NCBI GenBank assembly: GCA_031408355.1
Contig: JANNWK010001141.1
Coordinates: 1-40,887 of the forward strand
Direction of reading: 5' to 3'
DNA length: 40,887 nt
From: Myxococcales bacterium
GTDB lineage: Bacteria > Myxococcota_A > Polyangia > Polyangiales > Polyangiaceae
The notes beneath the pieces were generated by a model that ran no database searches, had not been told where the DNA came from, and saw only the letters and a program-made list of their open reading frames with translations. Within the stretch, counting starts at the first letter, position 1, and the number at the start of each line of letters is the position of its first letter. Made by a program: the position numbers and the translations under genes. Shown here in pieces: positions 17,451-26,861 of this stretch.

Positions 17451-19187
17451 ATGATACGGCTCGCTCCGGTCCTTCTGGGCCTGTATTGCACGAGCGCCTG
17501 TGGGGCGGGTGACGCGGGCGCTTCTGGCCTTTCGCTCAGCGAAACGCGGGCTGCGCAGGCGGCTTTTCGCAGCATTCAGCGGCGCTGGTTCGACGCGGAT
17601 GACGCCGGCCGGCGGTCGCTCCGGCCCCTGCTCGAGCGCTTCCTGAGCCGGTACCCGAAGGACCCCCGCGGAGCCAATGTCCGACTGCTCTTGGCCTGGG
17701 CCTTGATCCTGGAAGGCAGGCAAACCGAGGCCAAGCGCTTGCTCAGCGACGCGCGGAGCTCAAGCTCGCCAGGCGTTCGGGACTTCGCGGAGGTGGTTGA
17801 GGCTCGCCTGCTCATCGCCCGGCAGGCGCCGGAGGCTGCCCTCGCCAAGCTCGACCTGCTGGCTGGCAAGCTGGTGGACGCTGAAGAGAGGCTCGTTCAC
17901 GCCGAGCTGCGACTGCAGGCCGCGCTCGCGAGTCGGCGCTTTGCGCAGGCAGTTTCGGCGCTTTCGAGCTATCTGGCGGCCGCGCCGGCGGAGCTGGGTG
18001 ATCGCGCTCGCGAACGCGCGACTTCTGCCGTGAAGAGCCTGCCCGACGCCGTGCTCGAGTCGAGCATGACTGAGCTTGATGCCAAGGTGCGGCGCAGCGC
18101 GCTCTCGCCGCCCGAGGTCTGGCTCCGTCGCGTGCTGCGCGAACGCTTGATTCGCATCGCGGTCGACAGCAAGGACGCGAAACTGGCCCGGCGTCTGCTG
18201 GATCTGCATCCTGGCCTGGGGCGTCGTCATGAAGCCTCCGCCCAGTTGATGCTGCTCGCGGGGAGAGCCTCGGCTTCTGCCTACAGCCAAAGCAGCTTCA
18301 TCGGGCTCGCTCTCGAGGTGGGCGAGCCTGACGCCGAACGCCGGTCCGCCAGCGTCGCACGCGGGCTTTCGGCCGCGCTTGCGGCTTCGCAGCCCGGGCG
18401 CAATAGCATTCCCGTGGTGGTCAGGCTGGCGAGCGCGCATGAAGTCGGGGCGACGTTGAGCGAACTTTCGGAGGCCGGCGCGATGGCGCTGGTTGCAGGC
18501 CTCTCCGACACCGCTGCGGAGCAAGCCGCCACCTGGGCCGTGTCGGGCCAGGCAGCTGTACTGCTGATTCGGGATACGCCCGATCTGGTCCTTTCCGAGC
18601 TTTCGTTCGTGCTCGGGATGAGCGACGTCGACCAGTGGGACGCTATTCAGAAAGAGTTGGCTCGCCGGTCTGTGACCAAGTGGGCTCGCGTCGGTAGCGG
18701 CGGCGTCGACTGCCGCGCCGTGCCCGCAAGCGCCGGTGCAGGTCGATTTCCAGTCAGGGCTTGGAAAGCCGAGGGTGTGCGCGCTTTGGCTGTCTTGGCC
18801 CCTCGCAGCTGCGTCATGGACCTAGTGAGCGAGCTACGGGCGCTCAACTACCAGCCGGTCTTGGCTCTGAGTCTCGAAGGGGCGGAGGTCTTGCCTTTCC
18901 TCGGTGGCGGCATCGCGCTTGGCGCCGGCGATTTTCCACGCCTAGCGACCGGCGCCGACGTTGCGCCGGACTTTTACGAAATGCTGGGCCACGACGCGGG
19001 CGTACTGCTCAGCGCAGCCGCAGCGCAGCTGGCTCTTGCGGGCTCGCGCAGCACGGCGCCGGAACGCGCCAGCCAAGTCGCAGGCTTGCTTTCGCGGGTT
19101 AAGGTCATGCTTCAATCCACCGAAGCCACGGGGTTCAGCGGCAAGAGGCGCTTGGCGAGGCAGCTGAACATCAAGGAGCAACGGTGA
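17451..19187 (+). CDS. Lipoprotein with TPR-like N-terminus and periplasmic-binding-protein-like C-terminus (LpoA/LppC-like)
   Basis: TSAC lipobox-like site, FLSRYPKDP TPR-like helix, IGLAL strand, FYEMLGHDA (compare ALGYDA), TGF at the C-terminus. Confidence 0.6.
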   Translation: MIRLAPVLLGLYCTSACGAGDAGASGLSLSETRAAQAAFRSIQRRWFDADDAGRRSLRPLLERFLSRYPKDPRGANVRLLLAWALILEGRQTEAKRLLSDARSSSSPGVRDFAEVVEARLLIARQAPEAALAKLDLLAGKLVDAEERLVHAELRLQAALASRRFAQAVSALSSYLAAAPAELGDRARERATSAVKSLPDAVLESSMTELDAKVRRSALSPPEVWLRRVLRERLIRIAVDSKDAKLARRLLDLHPGLGRRHEASAQLMLLAGRASASAYSQSSFIGLALEVGEPDAERRSASVARGLSAALAASQPGRNSIPVVVRLASAHEVGATLSELSEAGAMALVAGLSDTAAEQAATWAVSGQAAVLLIRDTPDLVLSELSFVLGMSDVDQWDAIQKELARRSVTKWARVGSGGVDCRAVPASAGAGRFPVRAWKAEGVRALAVLAPRSCVMDLVSELRALNYQPVLALSLEGAEVLPFLGGGIALGAGDFPRLATGADVAPDFYEMLGHDAGVLLSAAAAQLALAGSRSTAPERASQVAGLLSRVKVMLQSTEATGFSGKRRLARQLNIKEQR

Positions 19188-19648
19188 GCGTGATTCGGGA
19201 TTTACCCACGAAGCAGGCGACGTCGAGGCTCGCCGCCAAGCTCGCTCCACTCCTGGCTCCTGGCGATCTGCTCCTGCTCGATGGTCCACTCGGCGCGGGC
19301 AAGACCTTCTTCGTGCGCGCTCTGGCACGGGCGCTTGGTCTCGGCCGCAGCGCGCGCGTGACCAGCCCGACCTTCGCGCTCGTGTGTCAGTACGCGACCG
19401 AGCCACGACTCGTCCACGCTGACTTGTATCGGCTAGCGGACGATCAGCGCGGGGTCCATGAACTGGGGTTGCTGCCCGAGCGGGACGACGGCGCGCTCTT
19501 GGTGGTCGAGTGGGGGGGCGCCTTCGAGCGGTCGCTCGGTGGAGACGCGCTGCGGCTTCAGCTTGAGCGGGAGCCGCGGCGCGCGCTCATTTCGGCCAGC
19601 GGAGAGCGCTCGCGCGTCTTACTCGAGGCTCTGTCCCGAATCGAGTAG
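19184..19648 (+). CDS. tsaE: tRNA threonylcarbamoyladenosine biosynthesis ATPase TsaE
   Basis: GPLGAGKT, VTSPTF, HADLYRL, VVEW. GTGA overlap with the upstream gene. Confidence 0.95.
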   Translation: MSVIRDLPTKQATSRLAAKLAPLLAPGDLLLLDGPLGAGKTFFVRALARALGLGRSARVTSPTFALVCQYATEPRLVHADLYRLADDQRGVHELGLLPERDDGALLVVEWGGAFERSLGGDALRLQLEREPRRALISASGERSRVLLEALSRIE

Positions 19649-19659
19649 GCTGACGCGCT

Positions 19660-20490
19660 TTGGCGAACACGCCCCTCACCCAGGACGAGCCGCCCCCCCA
19701 AGGGGCTGGCGCCGCGCGCTCGGCGTTCGCTGCAGTGTTCGCGCCCGTGCTCGACGCGCTCGACGGCATTGGTCGCCTGCTCATCCTTACCGGGCAGGCG
19801 GTGCTCTGGATATTTCGCCCGCCCTATCGCTTCGGGCAGCTGATCGCCGCGCTTGAGTTCATTGGCGTGCAGTCGATCTTCATCGTGTCGCTGACGGGGG
19901 TGTTCAGCGGCATGGTGCTGGCGTTGCAGATGACCTACAGCCTGCGGCAATACAACGCCGAGGGCGTAGTTGGCGCCGTCGTGGCCGTCTCGCTGGCGCG
20001 CGAAATTAGCCCGGTCTTCGCGTCGTTGATGGTGACAGCGCGCGCTGGCAGCGCGATCGCCGCCGAACTCGGCAACATGCGGGTCACCGAGCAGATAGAC
20101 GCGCTCGTGACGATGGCGGTCAGTCCGGTGCAATATCTGCTTTCACCCCGGCTGCTTTCAGCGGTGCTGATGGTGCCGCTGCTGTGCATCCTGTATACGT
20201 GCGTTGGCATGGCCGGCGCATGGGTGGTCGCCGTGCACTGGCTCAGCGTTGATCCCGGCGTCTTCCTGGCCAACCTCGAGAAGGGGGCGGTGCCCTCGGA
20301 CTTCTTCATGGGTCTCGTGAAGTCGGCTACGTTCGGCTTTCTGATTGCGGCTATCTCCTGCAATCAAGGGTTCAATGCTGCGGGCGGCGCGAAGGGCGTC
20401 GGCGAAGCCACCACGCGTGCGGTCGTCCAGAGCGCCGTCGCCATCCTGGTGGCCAATTACATCCTGACGACCCTGATGACCACGGTTTGA
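19660..20490 (+). CDS. mlaE: MlaE-family ABC transporter permease
   Basis: REISPV, ARAGSAIAAELGNMRVTEQIDAL, PRL, GGAKGVGEATTRAVV. Confidence 0.93.
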   Translation: MANTPLTQDEPPPQGAGAARSAFAAVFAPVLDALDGIGRLLILTGQAVLWIFRPPYRFGQLIAALEFIGVQSIFIVSLTGVFSGMVLALQMTYSLRQYNAEGVVGAVVAVSLAREISPVFASLMVTARAGSAIAAELGNMRVTEQIDALVTMAVSPVQYLLSPRLLSAVLMVPLLCILYTCVGMAGAWVVAVHWLSVDPGVFLANLEKGAVPSDFFMGLVKSATFGFLIAAISCNQGFNAAGGAKGVGEATTRAVVQSAVAILVANYILTTLMTTV

Positions 20491-20519
20491 GCGCGCCTTC
20501 GGGCTAGCAGGAGGCGACA

Positions 20520-22682
20520 ATGTTTCCGTTTCGGGACCCCGACCTTTCGACCGAGGAGCGCGCGCGGGATCTTTTGGGGCGACTGACGCCGGAGGAGAAG
20601 GCCGCGCAGATGCTGCACGAGTCACCGGCGATTCCGCGGCTCGGAATTTCAGCCTACAACTGGTGGAACGAGTGTTTGCACGGCGTGGCGCGGGCCGGCA
20701 CCGCCACGGTGTTTCCTCAGGCCATCGGGATGGCAGCGGCTTTCGACGTGGCGTTGATGGGTGCGGTGGCTCGGGCGATTTCTGACGAAGCTCGCGCCAA
20801 GCACCACGCCTATGCGGCCGAGGGCGACCACGGCTACTACAAGGGGCTCACGTACTGGACACCCAACATCAACATCTTTCGAGATCAGCGCTGGGGACGA
20901 GGCCACGAAACCTACGGGGAGTGTCCGTTTCTCACCGCGACGCTCGGCGTAGAATTCGTCAAGGGCCTTCAGGGGGACGACCCTCGCTATCTTAAGCTTG
21001 TCGCCACCGCCAAGCACTTCGCAGTGCACAGCGGACCCGAAGGCCTGCGGCATGGCTTCGACGCGCGGGTGAGCCAGAAGGACCTCTACGAGACCTACTT
21101 GCCGGCATTCTTCGCGCTGGTAAGCGAAGCCCGCGTCGCGAGCGTGATGCCCGCTTACAACCGCACCAACGGCGAGCCTTGCTGCGGCAGCTTCACGTTG
21201 CTTGCGAAGGTCCTGCGTCAAGATTGGGGATTCGAAGGCTACGTCGTTTCGGATTGCTGGGCAGTTCGCGACTTTCACCAGCACCACGGCGTGACTCGCA
21301 GCTTCGAGGAGTCGTCCGCGCTGGCCGTGAAGGCGGGCTGTGACCTGAATTGCGGTTGCAGCTATGAGCATCTCCCGGCGGCGCTCGAACAGGGGCTGCT
21401 GAGCGAGTCTGACCTGGATGTTTGCGTGACTCGGTTGTTCAAGGCGCGCCTAAGGCTCGGCATGTTCGATCCGCCAGAATGCGTGCCGTTCGCGCAAATT
21501 CCTTTCGATGTGAACGATTGCGCAGGGCATCGGCAGCTTTCGCGCACGGTCGCCCAGAAGAGCCTGGTGCTGCTCAAGAACACAGGCATCTTGCCGCTCA
21601 GCCGTGACTTGAAGTCGATCGCGGTGATCGGGCCCAACGCGAACGCGCCGCAGGTTCTGTGGGGCAACTACTCGGGGACCCCTTCCGAGACGGTGACGCC
21701 GCTTGCCGGAATTCGCCGTCAACTCGCGCCCACCACCAAGCTTTACTACGCCGAGGGCTGCAAGCTCCAGGGCACAGAGCTTGCCAGCTGCGCGCCCAGC
21801 GGCAACTTGACCGAAGCGGTGATTCTGGCGAAGCGCGCCGAGCTGAGCGTGCTCGTGCTCGGACTCAGCGCGGAGGTCGAGGGTGAACAGGGCGACGCCG
21901 GAAACTCGGAAACCGCCGGCGACAAGCCGGATCTAGCCCTGACCGGCCTGCAACAGCAGCTCCTGGAAGCGGTTGTTGCTGTGGGCAAGCCCGTGGTGCT
22001 CGTGCTTTTGTCCGGCAGCGCCCTTGAGTTGGGTGGGGTCGAAGTGCAACTCGGCGCTATCCTTCAAGCCTGGTACCCGGGGCAGGAGGGTGGCCAGGCG
22101 ATAGCCGACGTGTTGTTCGGCGCTGTGAGCCCAGCCGGGCGTCTGCCCATCACCTTCCCCAGGTCATTGGCGGACGTGCCGGAGTTCGTTGACTATGCCA
22201 TGCGTGGCCGCACGTATCGCTACCTGGAGCGATCCCCGCTCTACCCATTCGGCTACGGCCTCTCCTTCACCCGCTTCGAGTTCTCCGGGCTTACGCTCGA
22301 GCGAGACGAACTCGCCTGCTCCGCCGAGCTTTCTGTGGGCGTGACGGTACAGGTGAAGAACGTAGGCGGCGTCTCGAGCGATGAGGTCGTGCAGCTCTAC
22401 GTGCGCGACCTCGAGAGCTCCGTGAGCGTCCCTTGCCACGAGTTGCGCGGCTTTCAGCGGATCGAGCTGGCCGCTGGCGCGACCAAGCAGCTGAGTTTTC
22501 GGCTTTCCGCTAGGGCGTTGTCGTTGATCGACGAGGCGGGCGGGCGCGTGCTGGAGCCGGGTCGCTTTCAGATCTTTGCGGGAGGGAGCCAGCCGGATCC
22601 GCGCAGTGTCGAGCTACTCGGCCAGGCGCCACTCTCGGCGATCCTGAGCCTGACCGGCACACGCCTGCAGCTGCCTTACTGA
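20520..22682 (+). CDS. Glycoside hydrolase family 3 (beta-xylosidase/beta-glucosidase), no signal peptide
   Basis: WWNECLHG, FPQAIG, WGRGHETYGE, KHF, VSDC nucleophile, WYPGQEGG, PFGYGLS, Fn3-like C-terminus. AGGAGG RBS. Confidence 0.94.
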   Translation: MFPFRDPDLSTEERARDLLGRLTPEEKAAQMLHESPAIPRLGISAYNWWNECLHGVARAGTATVFPQAIGMAAAFDVALMGAVARAISDEARAKHHAYAAEGDHGYYKGLTYWTPNINIFRDQRWGRGHETYGECPFLTATLGVEFVKGLQGDDPRYLKLVATAKHFAVHSGPEGLRHGFDARVSQKDLYETYLPAFFALVSEARVASVMPAYNRTNGEPCCGSFTLLAKVLRQDWGFEGYVVSDCWAVRDFHQHHGVTRSFEESSALAVKAGCDLNCGCSYEHLPAALEQGLLSESDLDVCVTRLFKARLRLGMFDPPECVPFAQIPFDVNDCAGHRQLSRTVAQKSLVLLKNTGILPLSRDLKSIAVIGPNANAPQVLWGNYSGTPSETVTPLAGIRRQLAPTTKLYYAEGCKLQGTELASCAPSGNLTEAVILAKRAELSVLVLGLSAEVEGEQGDAGNSETAGDKPDLALTGLQQQLLEAVVAVGKPVVLVLLSGSALELGGVEVQLGAILQAWYPGQEGGQAIADVLFGAVSPAGRLPITFPRSLADVPEFVDYAMRGRTYRYLERSPLYPFGYGLSFTRFEFSGLTLERDELACSAELSVGVTVQVKNVGGVSSDEVVQLYVRDLESSVSVPCHELRGFQRIELAAGATKQLSFRLSARALSLIDEAGGRVLEPGRFQIFAGGSQPDPRSVELLGQAPLSAILSLTGTRLQLPY

Positions 22683-22706
22683 GTATGGGTGGCGCAAGCG
22701 GGCGGA

Positions 22707-23738
22707 CTAGTGGCTGGCGTCGTGGCTCGGCTGGGATTTTGCCACTGACGGCTCAACGCGGCCGCCTGGTGCCCGCAGCTTGGCCAGTTGTTCGGCGATC
22801 TCCTCGGCCGCGGCAGCGTCATCAAGCTTGGCTTCCTTTCGCTTCTTGTCCTTGCCCTCGTGGCCGCCCTTGTCGTCTTTGCTGTTGCTTACGGCGTTGA
22901 CGAAGGCGGTCATTCGCTCCGGCTCGGAGTTGCCGTTGACGTTGACTATCACGAGCTTGCCGGCGCCCTGTCGGAGGTCGTTGCGGAAGTCGTAGACGGC
23001 GCCCACCACGGTGAGCTGCCCCGACTGGATCTGCTTACCGAACAGCTTCAGTGACACGTCGACCTGGTTGTTCACGTTGGCTATCACGCCGTCCGCCCAG
23101 GCGACTTCCGGCGCCTTGCCAGGCGCCGGTTTGGGCACGGTTAGATGCTCTAGTTCCTTCTGGATTGGCACGCTGAGCTTGCTGATGTCGCCCATGGCAG
23201 CCTTCACGGCGCCGCAGCCGGTGTGGCCAATCACGAGCAGAAGCGGCGTGTGCAGGTGCTCCACTCCGTACTCGACCGAGCCTTCCCCGTTTTCGACTTG
23301 GTTGCCAATGTTGCGGATCGTAAAGTCGTCGTTCTCCGGCGTGACGTCCCAGGCCTGAGAGTGCACTCGCGAATCCGCGCACGTGACGACCGTCGCGCGC
23401 GGCGTCTGCTTGTCAGCGAACTCGGCGAAGAACTTGTCGCCGTGCTCCATATAGCCTTCGTTGTCTGTCAGCACGTCCCGGAGGAACGAGCGCGTCCGCG
23501 CGAGCGGCTCGTCCTTGCCGGCCTCCCAGGCGAACGGCACGACGAATTTTCCCGGGCTCGTGGGCTCCGCGTCGTGGTGCCCCTTGCCCTCGGCCTTCTG
23601 CGGCGACTTTTCAGGCTTTGCGCCCGGCTTCTTGGTCGTCTTCTTGCCCGGCTCGGCGCTGACCTCCTGGCTCGGCTTGCAGGCCAGGGTCAAAGCGGTG
23701 AGGGAGAGCACGAAGGCGAGGCGCCGGACGAAGGCCAT
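22707..23738 (-). CDS. Beta-class carbonic anhydrase with lipoprotein signal peptide
   Basis: CADSR and GHTGCGA Zn-ligand motifs, RNIGN, SVEYGV. N-terminal LTLAC lipobox and Lys-rich linker. Confidence 0.9.
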   Translation of the reverse strand: MAFVRRLAFVLSLTALTLACKPSQEVSAEPGKKTTKKPGAKPEKSPQKAEGKGHHDAEPTSPGKFVVPFAWEAGKDEPLARTRSFLRDVLTDNEGYMEHGDKFFAEFADKQTPRATVVTCADSRVHSQAWDVTPENDDFTIRNIGNQVENGEGSVEYGVEHLHTPLLLVIGHTGCGAVKAAMGDISKLSVPIQKELEHLTVPKPAPGKAPEVAWADGVIANVNNQVDVSLKLFGKQIQSGQLTVVGAVYDFRNDLRQGAGKLVIVNVNGNSEPERMTAFVNAVSNSKDDKGGHEGKDKKRKEAKLDDAAAAEEIAEQLAKLRAPGGRVEPSVAKSQPSHDASH

Positions 23739-23874
23739 GGCCGAGAAAACGGCCGCGCGCGTCCAAACTTGAGACCCGGGAGACGCCCTATGGATCCCGG
23801 TGGCTCGGGCCGGCTTGCTTCTTGGACGATCCGCGAATATTCCGGCGATTCCGTGAATCTACCGGGCGCTCGGC

Positions 23875-25863
23875 TTGGTGCCGCGGTCGCCCTACATCGT
23901 GGCCCAAGGCTCCCCCCTTCCAGATCCGCAGGCCCGGCCCGGCCCGCCCCGCCGCTCCGCAGCCCCGCGCCTGGGCAGTGCGCTTGGCCGGCTCGTGCGC
24001 GCCAGGAGGTTCGGCCAGTGGGCGCTCCTCCTGGCCGTTCCTCTGCTCGGGGTCATCCTCGACGTGCAGCGGCGAGCTGAGCGTATCGCCGGCTTCGATC
24101 GATTCTACGCCATCACCTACCTGGGCTCGCTCGCGGAGAGCATCTGCGTTTGGGGACTGTTGCTCTACGCCGCGAGTCGCCGGCGTGGCTGGTTCCGGCA
24201 CGTCGCTGCGGTCCTGTTCGTGCTGATGGTCACCTTCGCGATTGGCGGGCAGACCTACTTCTACCAGCAGTATCACGCGTATCTGAACGTGGACGTTTCG
24301 GTGTTCGCTTCCAACTTCATGGATAGCGTGGTGAACCAACTGGTGGCTGACCTCTCCAACTATGTGAGGGCGAAGCTGCCGCCGCTCGTGGTCGCCATCT
24401 TCCTGGTGTGGCTGGGGCGGCGCGTGATGCGGCCGCGCCGCGCGCTTTCGCGGGTGGCCGTGTTCGCGGCGCCGCTCCTGCTCGTCGCGAGCTTCTTCAT
24501 TCCGACGCAGCATCGCAGCGTGCAGGCGTCCACGCCCGACACGCTTTACCTGCATGCCGTGGGTGGCCTGCTGCGCACTCAGCTGGGTTTCACCGACCAG
24601 AGCAACCAGCTTCGTCCGCGGGCTCGGAACTCTCGGCCGCTACCGGCGTTTGAGCGCAGCCCGGTGCCCGCGCGCAACGTGCTGTTTTTTGTCTTGGAAA
24701 GCGTGCGAGCGGACAGCACCTGCATCGAGCACGATATAGCGTGCCAACGCACGGCCGCGACCAACCAGCTCATGCCGCAGCGCTTTCCGTTCCGGCAAAT
24801 GCGCTCGATGGCTTCCTGTACGGCGATCTCGCTCGCCGTGCTGTGGTCGGGAGTACGACCTACCGAGAGCCGCGATACCCTCCACGAGTGGCCGCTCATT
24901 TTCGACTACGCCCGCGGACTTGGCTACGACACCGCCTACTGGACGAGCCAGAACATGATGTTTGGCAACGTGCGGCTCTGGGTCAAGAACCTAGGCGTAA
25001 ACCAGATGGTCACGGGCACCGAGCTTGATCCTACGGCTGACCTCGACATGGGGGCGCCCGAGAGCTTGCTTGCGGACTACGTCAGTCAGAACGTTGGCAA
25101 GCTTCGCGAGCCGTTCTTGGCGGTGATCCAGCTTTCGAACGTGCACTACCCGTACTACCTCGATGAAGCGCTGCCCACGCCCTTCCAGCCCTGGTCGACC
25201 AGCAAGGCGCCCGAGGACAACGCCCAGTTCAAGAACTTCTATCAGAACGCTGTTTATCAGCAGGATCTCCACGTCGCGCGCATGCTATCCGCGCTCAAGG
25301 CGACCGAGGCCGGTAAGCGGACCGTGGTGGTTTACACGAGCGATCACGCGGAGGCGTTTCGTGAGCACGGACAGATGGGCCACACCTTCAGCATCTTCGA
25401 CGAAGAAATCCATGTTCCGGCGTGGATCGACGCGCCTCCCGGGACGCTGGCCGAAACTGAGGCGCAGAGCTTGAAGGACAAGCGTGATGCGTTCGTGTTT
25501 CACGTCGATGTGGCGCCGACCATCCTCGATTTGCTGGGCGTGCCCGACGAGCCCAAGCTCCAAGAATTTCGTAGGAAAATGCCGGGTCACAGTCTGCTAA
25601 GGCCGGAGTTGACCTTGGAGGCGTTGCCGATGACGAACTGCGCCGGCGTGTGGTCATGCGCCTTCGAGAACTGGGGCATAATGCAGGGCAGTCGCAAGCT
25701 GGAGGCGCGCTCCTGGGATACGGGCTGGAACTGCTATGACTTGGCCGACGATCCGCTGGAGCAGCAGCGCTTGCCGCTCGCCGAGTGCGCGGATCTCCTG
25801 AAGCTCGCCGGCAAGACCTACGGCAGGTTGCCGGGCAAGGACATTCCCAGGCCCGGGGAGTGA
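23875..25863 (+). CDS. Membrane-anchored alkaline-phosphatase-superfamily transferase (LtaS/EptA-like sulfatase domain)
   Basis: Several N-terminal TM helices, VLESVRAD, SCTAISL (Thr nucleophile), H-x-P-Y, TSDHAE, GH, HVP, HVDVAPT. Start uncertain. Confidence 0.82.
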   Translation: MVPRSPYIVAQGSPLPDPQARPGPPRRSAAPRLGSALGRLVRARRFGQWALLLAVPLLGVILDVQRRAERIAGFDRFYAITYLGSLAESICVWGLLLYAASRRRGWFRHVAAVLFVLMVTFAIGGQTYFYQQYHAYLNVDVSVFASNFMDSVVNQLVADLSNYVRAKLPPLVVAIFLVWLGRRVMRPRRALSRVAVFAAPLLLVASFFIPTQHRSVQASTPDTLYLHAVGGLLRTQLGFTDQSNQLRPRARNSRPLPAFERSPVPARNVLFFVLESVRADSTCIEHDIACQRTAATNQLMPQRFPFRQMRSMASCTAISLAVLWSGVRPTESRDTLHEWPLIFDYARGLGYDTAYWTSQNMMFGNVRLWVKNLGVNQMVTGTELDPTADLDMGAPESLLADYVSQNVGKLREPFLAVIQLSNVHYPYYLDEALPTPFQPWSTSKAPEDNAQFKNFYQNAVYQQDLHVARMLSALKATEAGKRTVVVYTSDHAEAFREHGQMGHTFSIFDEEIHVPAWIDAPPGTLAETEAQSLKDKRDAFVFHVDVAPTILDLLGVPDEPKLQEFRRKMPGHSLLRPELTLEALPMTNCAGVWSCAFENWGIMQGSRKLEARSWDTGWNCYDLADDPLEQQRLPLAECADLLKLAGKTYGRLPGKDIPRPGE

Positions 25864-25868
25864 TTCGC

Positions 25869-26822
25869 CTAACTCAGCCGCAGCATGCGTTCTATAGGCA
25901 CCAGTGCGCGCCGACGCAGCCCTTCATCCATCTCGAGCCGCGGCTGCAGATCACGCAGCGCCAGATACACCTTCTCAGGGGTATTGAGGCGCATGAAGGG
26001 GCACTCGTTGCACGCGCAGTTGCCGTCCGGGGGCGCGGGAATGAGTTGTTTGTGCGGGGCACGCTTCTGCATCTGATGGATGATGCCCGGCTCCGTCACC
26101 ACGATGAACGCTTCTGCGTTGTCGTTCTCGACGTACTTGAGGAGCGCCGCCGTGGAACCAATGAAGTCTGCTTGGTCGAGGAGCGGCTCTTCGCACTCTG
26201 GGTGAGCGATGATCTTGGCGTTGGGGTGCTGGAGCTTGATAGTCAGCAGCTTCTTCAGGCTAAAGGTTTCGTGCACGATGCAGCTGCCTTGCCAGAGCAG
26301 CATGTCGCGCCCCGTCTGCTTCATCACGTAGCGGCCGAGGTTCTTGTCCGGGGCGAACAGGATCTTCTGTTCGGGCGGAATGGCGCTCACGATCTTGACG
26401 GCGTTGCTGGAGGTCACGATGTAGTCGCTCTCGGCTTTTACCTCGGCCGAGCAATTGATGTAGCTCACGACCGCCGCGCCCGGGTGACGAGCCTTCCAAG
26501 CTCGGAAACGGTCGCCCGGGCAGCCATCAGCCAGCGAGCAACCCGCCAACATGTCCGGTACCAGCACGATGCGCTCGGGGTTCAGGATCTTGGCCGTCTC
26601 TGCCATGAAATGGACGCCGGCGAAGAGGATAACGTCGGCGGTCGTCTTTTGTGCCGCCTGCGCCAGCTGCAGTGAGTCGCCAATGAAGTCCGCGAGGTCC
26701 TGGATCTCGCTCTCCTGATAGTAGTGGGCCAGCAGTACTGCGTTCCGTTCGCGCTTGAGGCGGCGGATCTCGGCGTCCAGATCGAGGAGCGCGGCTACGT
26801 TGGCTTGCGGTGCGGCGAACAT
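25869..26822 (-). CDS. nadA: Quinolinate synthase
   Basis: [57 protein letters not shown]. Confidence 0.97.
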   Translation of the reverse strand: MFAAPQANVAALLDLDAEIRRLKRERNAVLLAHYYQESEIQDLADFIGDSLQLAQAAQKTTADVILFAGVHFMAETAKILNPERIVLVPDMLAGCSLADGCPGDRFRAWKARHPGAAVVSYINCSAEVKAESDYIVTSSNAVKIVSAIPPEQKILFAPDKNLGRYVMKQTGRDMLLWQGSCIVHETFSLKKLLTIKLQHPNAKIIAHPECEEPLLDQADFIGSTAALLKYVENDNAEAFIVVTEPGIIHQMQKRAPHKQLIPAPPDGNCACNECPFMRLNTPEKVYLALRDLQPRLEMDEGLRRRALVPIERMLRLS

Positions 26823-26861
26823 CGGCTTCTCCGGCAGTATGCGATACTTTGCGCGTGGGCG

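Noticed and set aside
26823-26861. NAD+ riboswitch before nadA
   Set aside because: The gap is only 39 nt and shows no recognisable structure.
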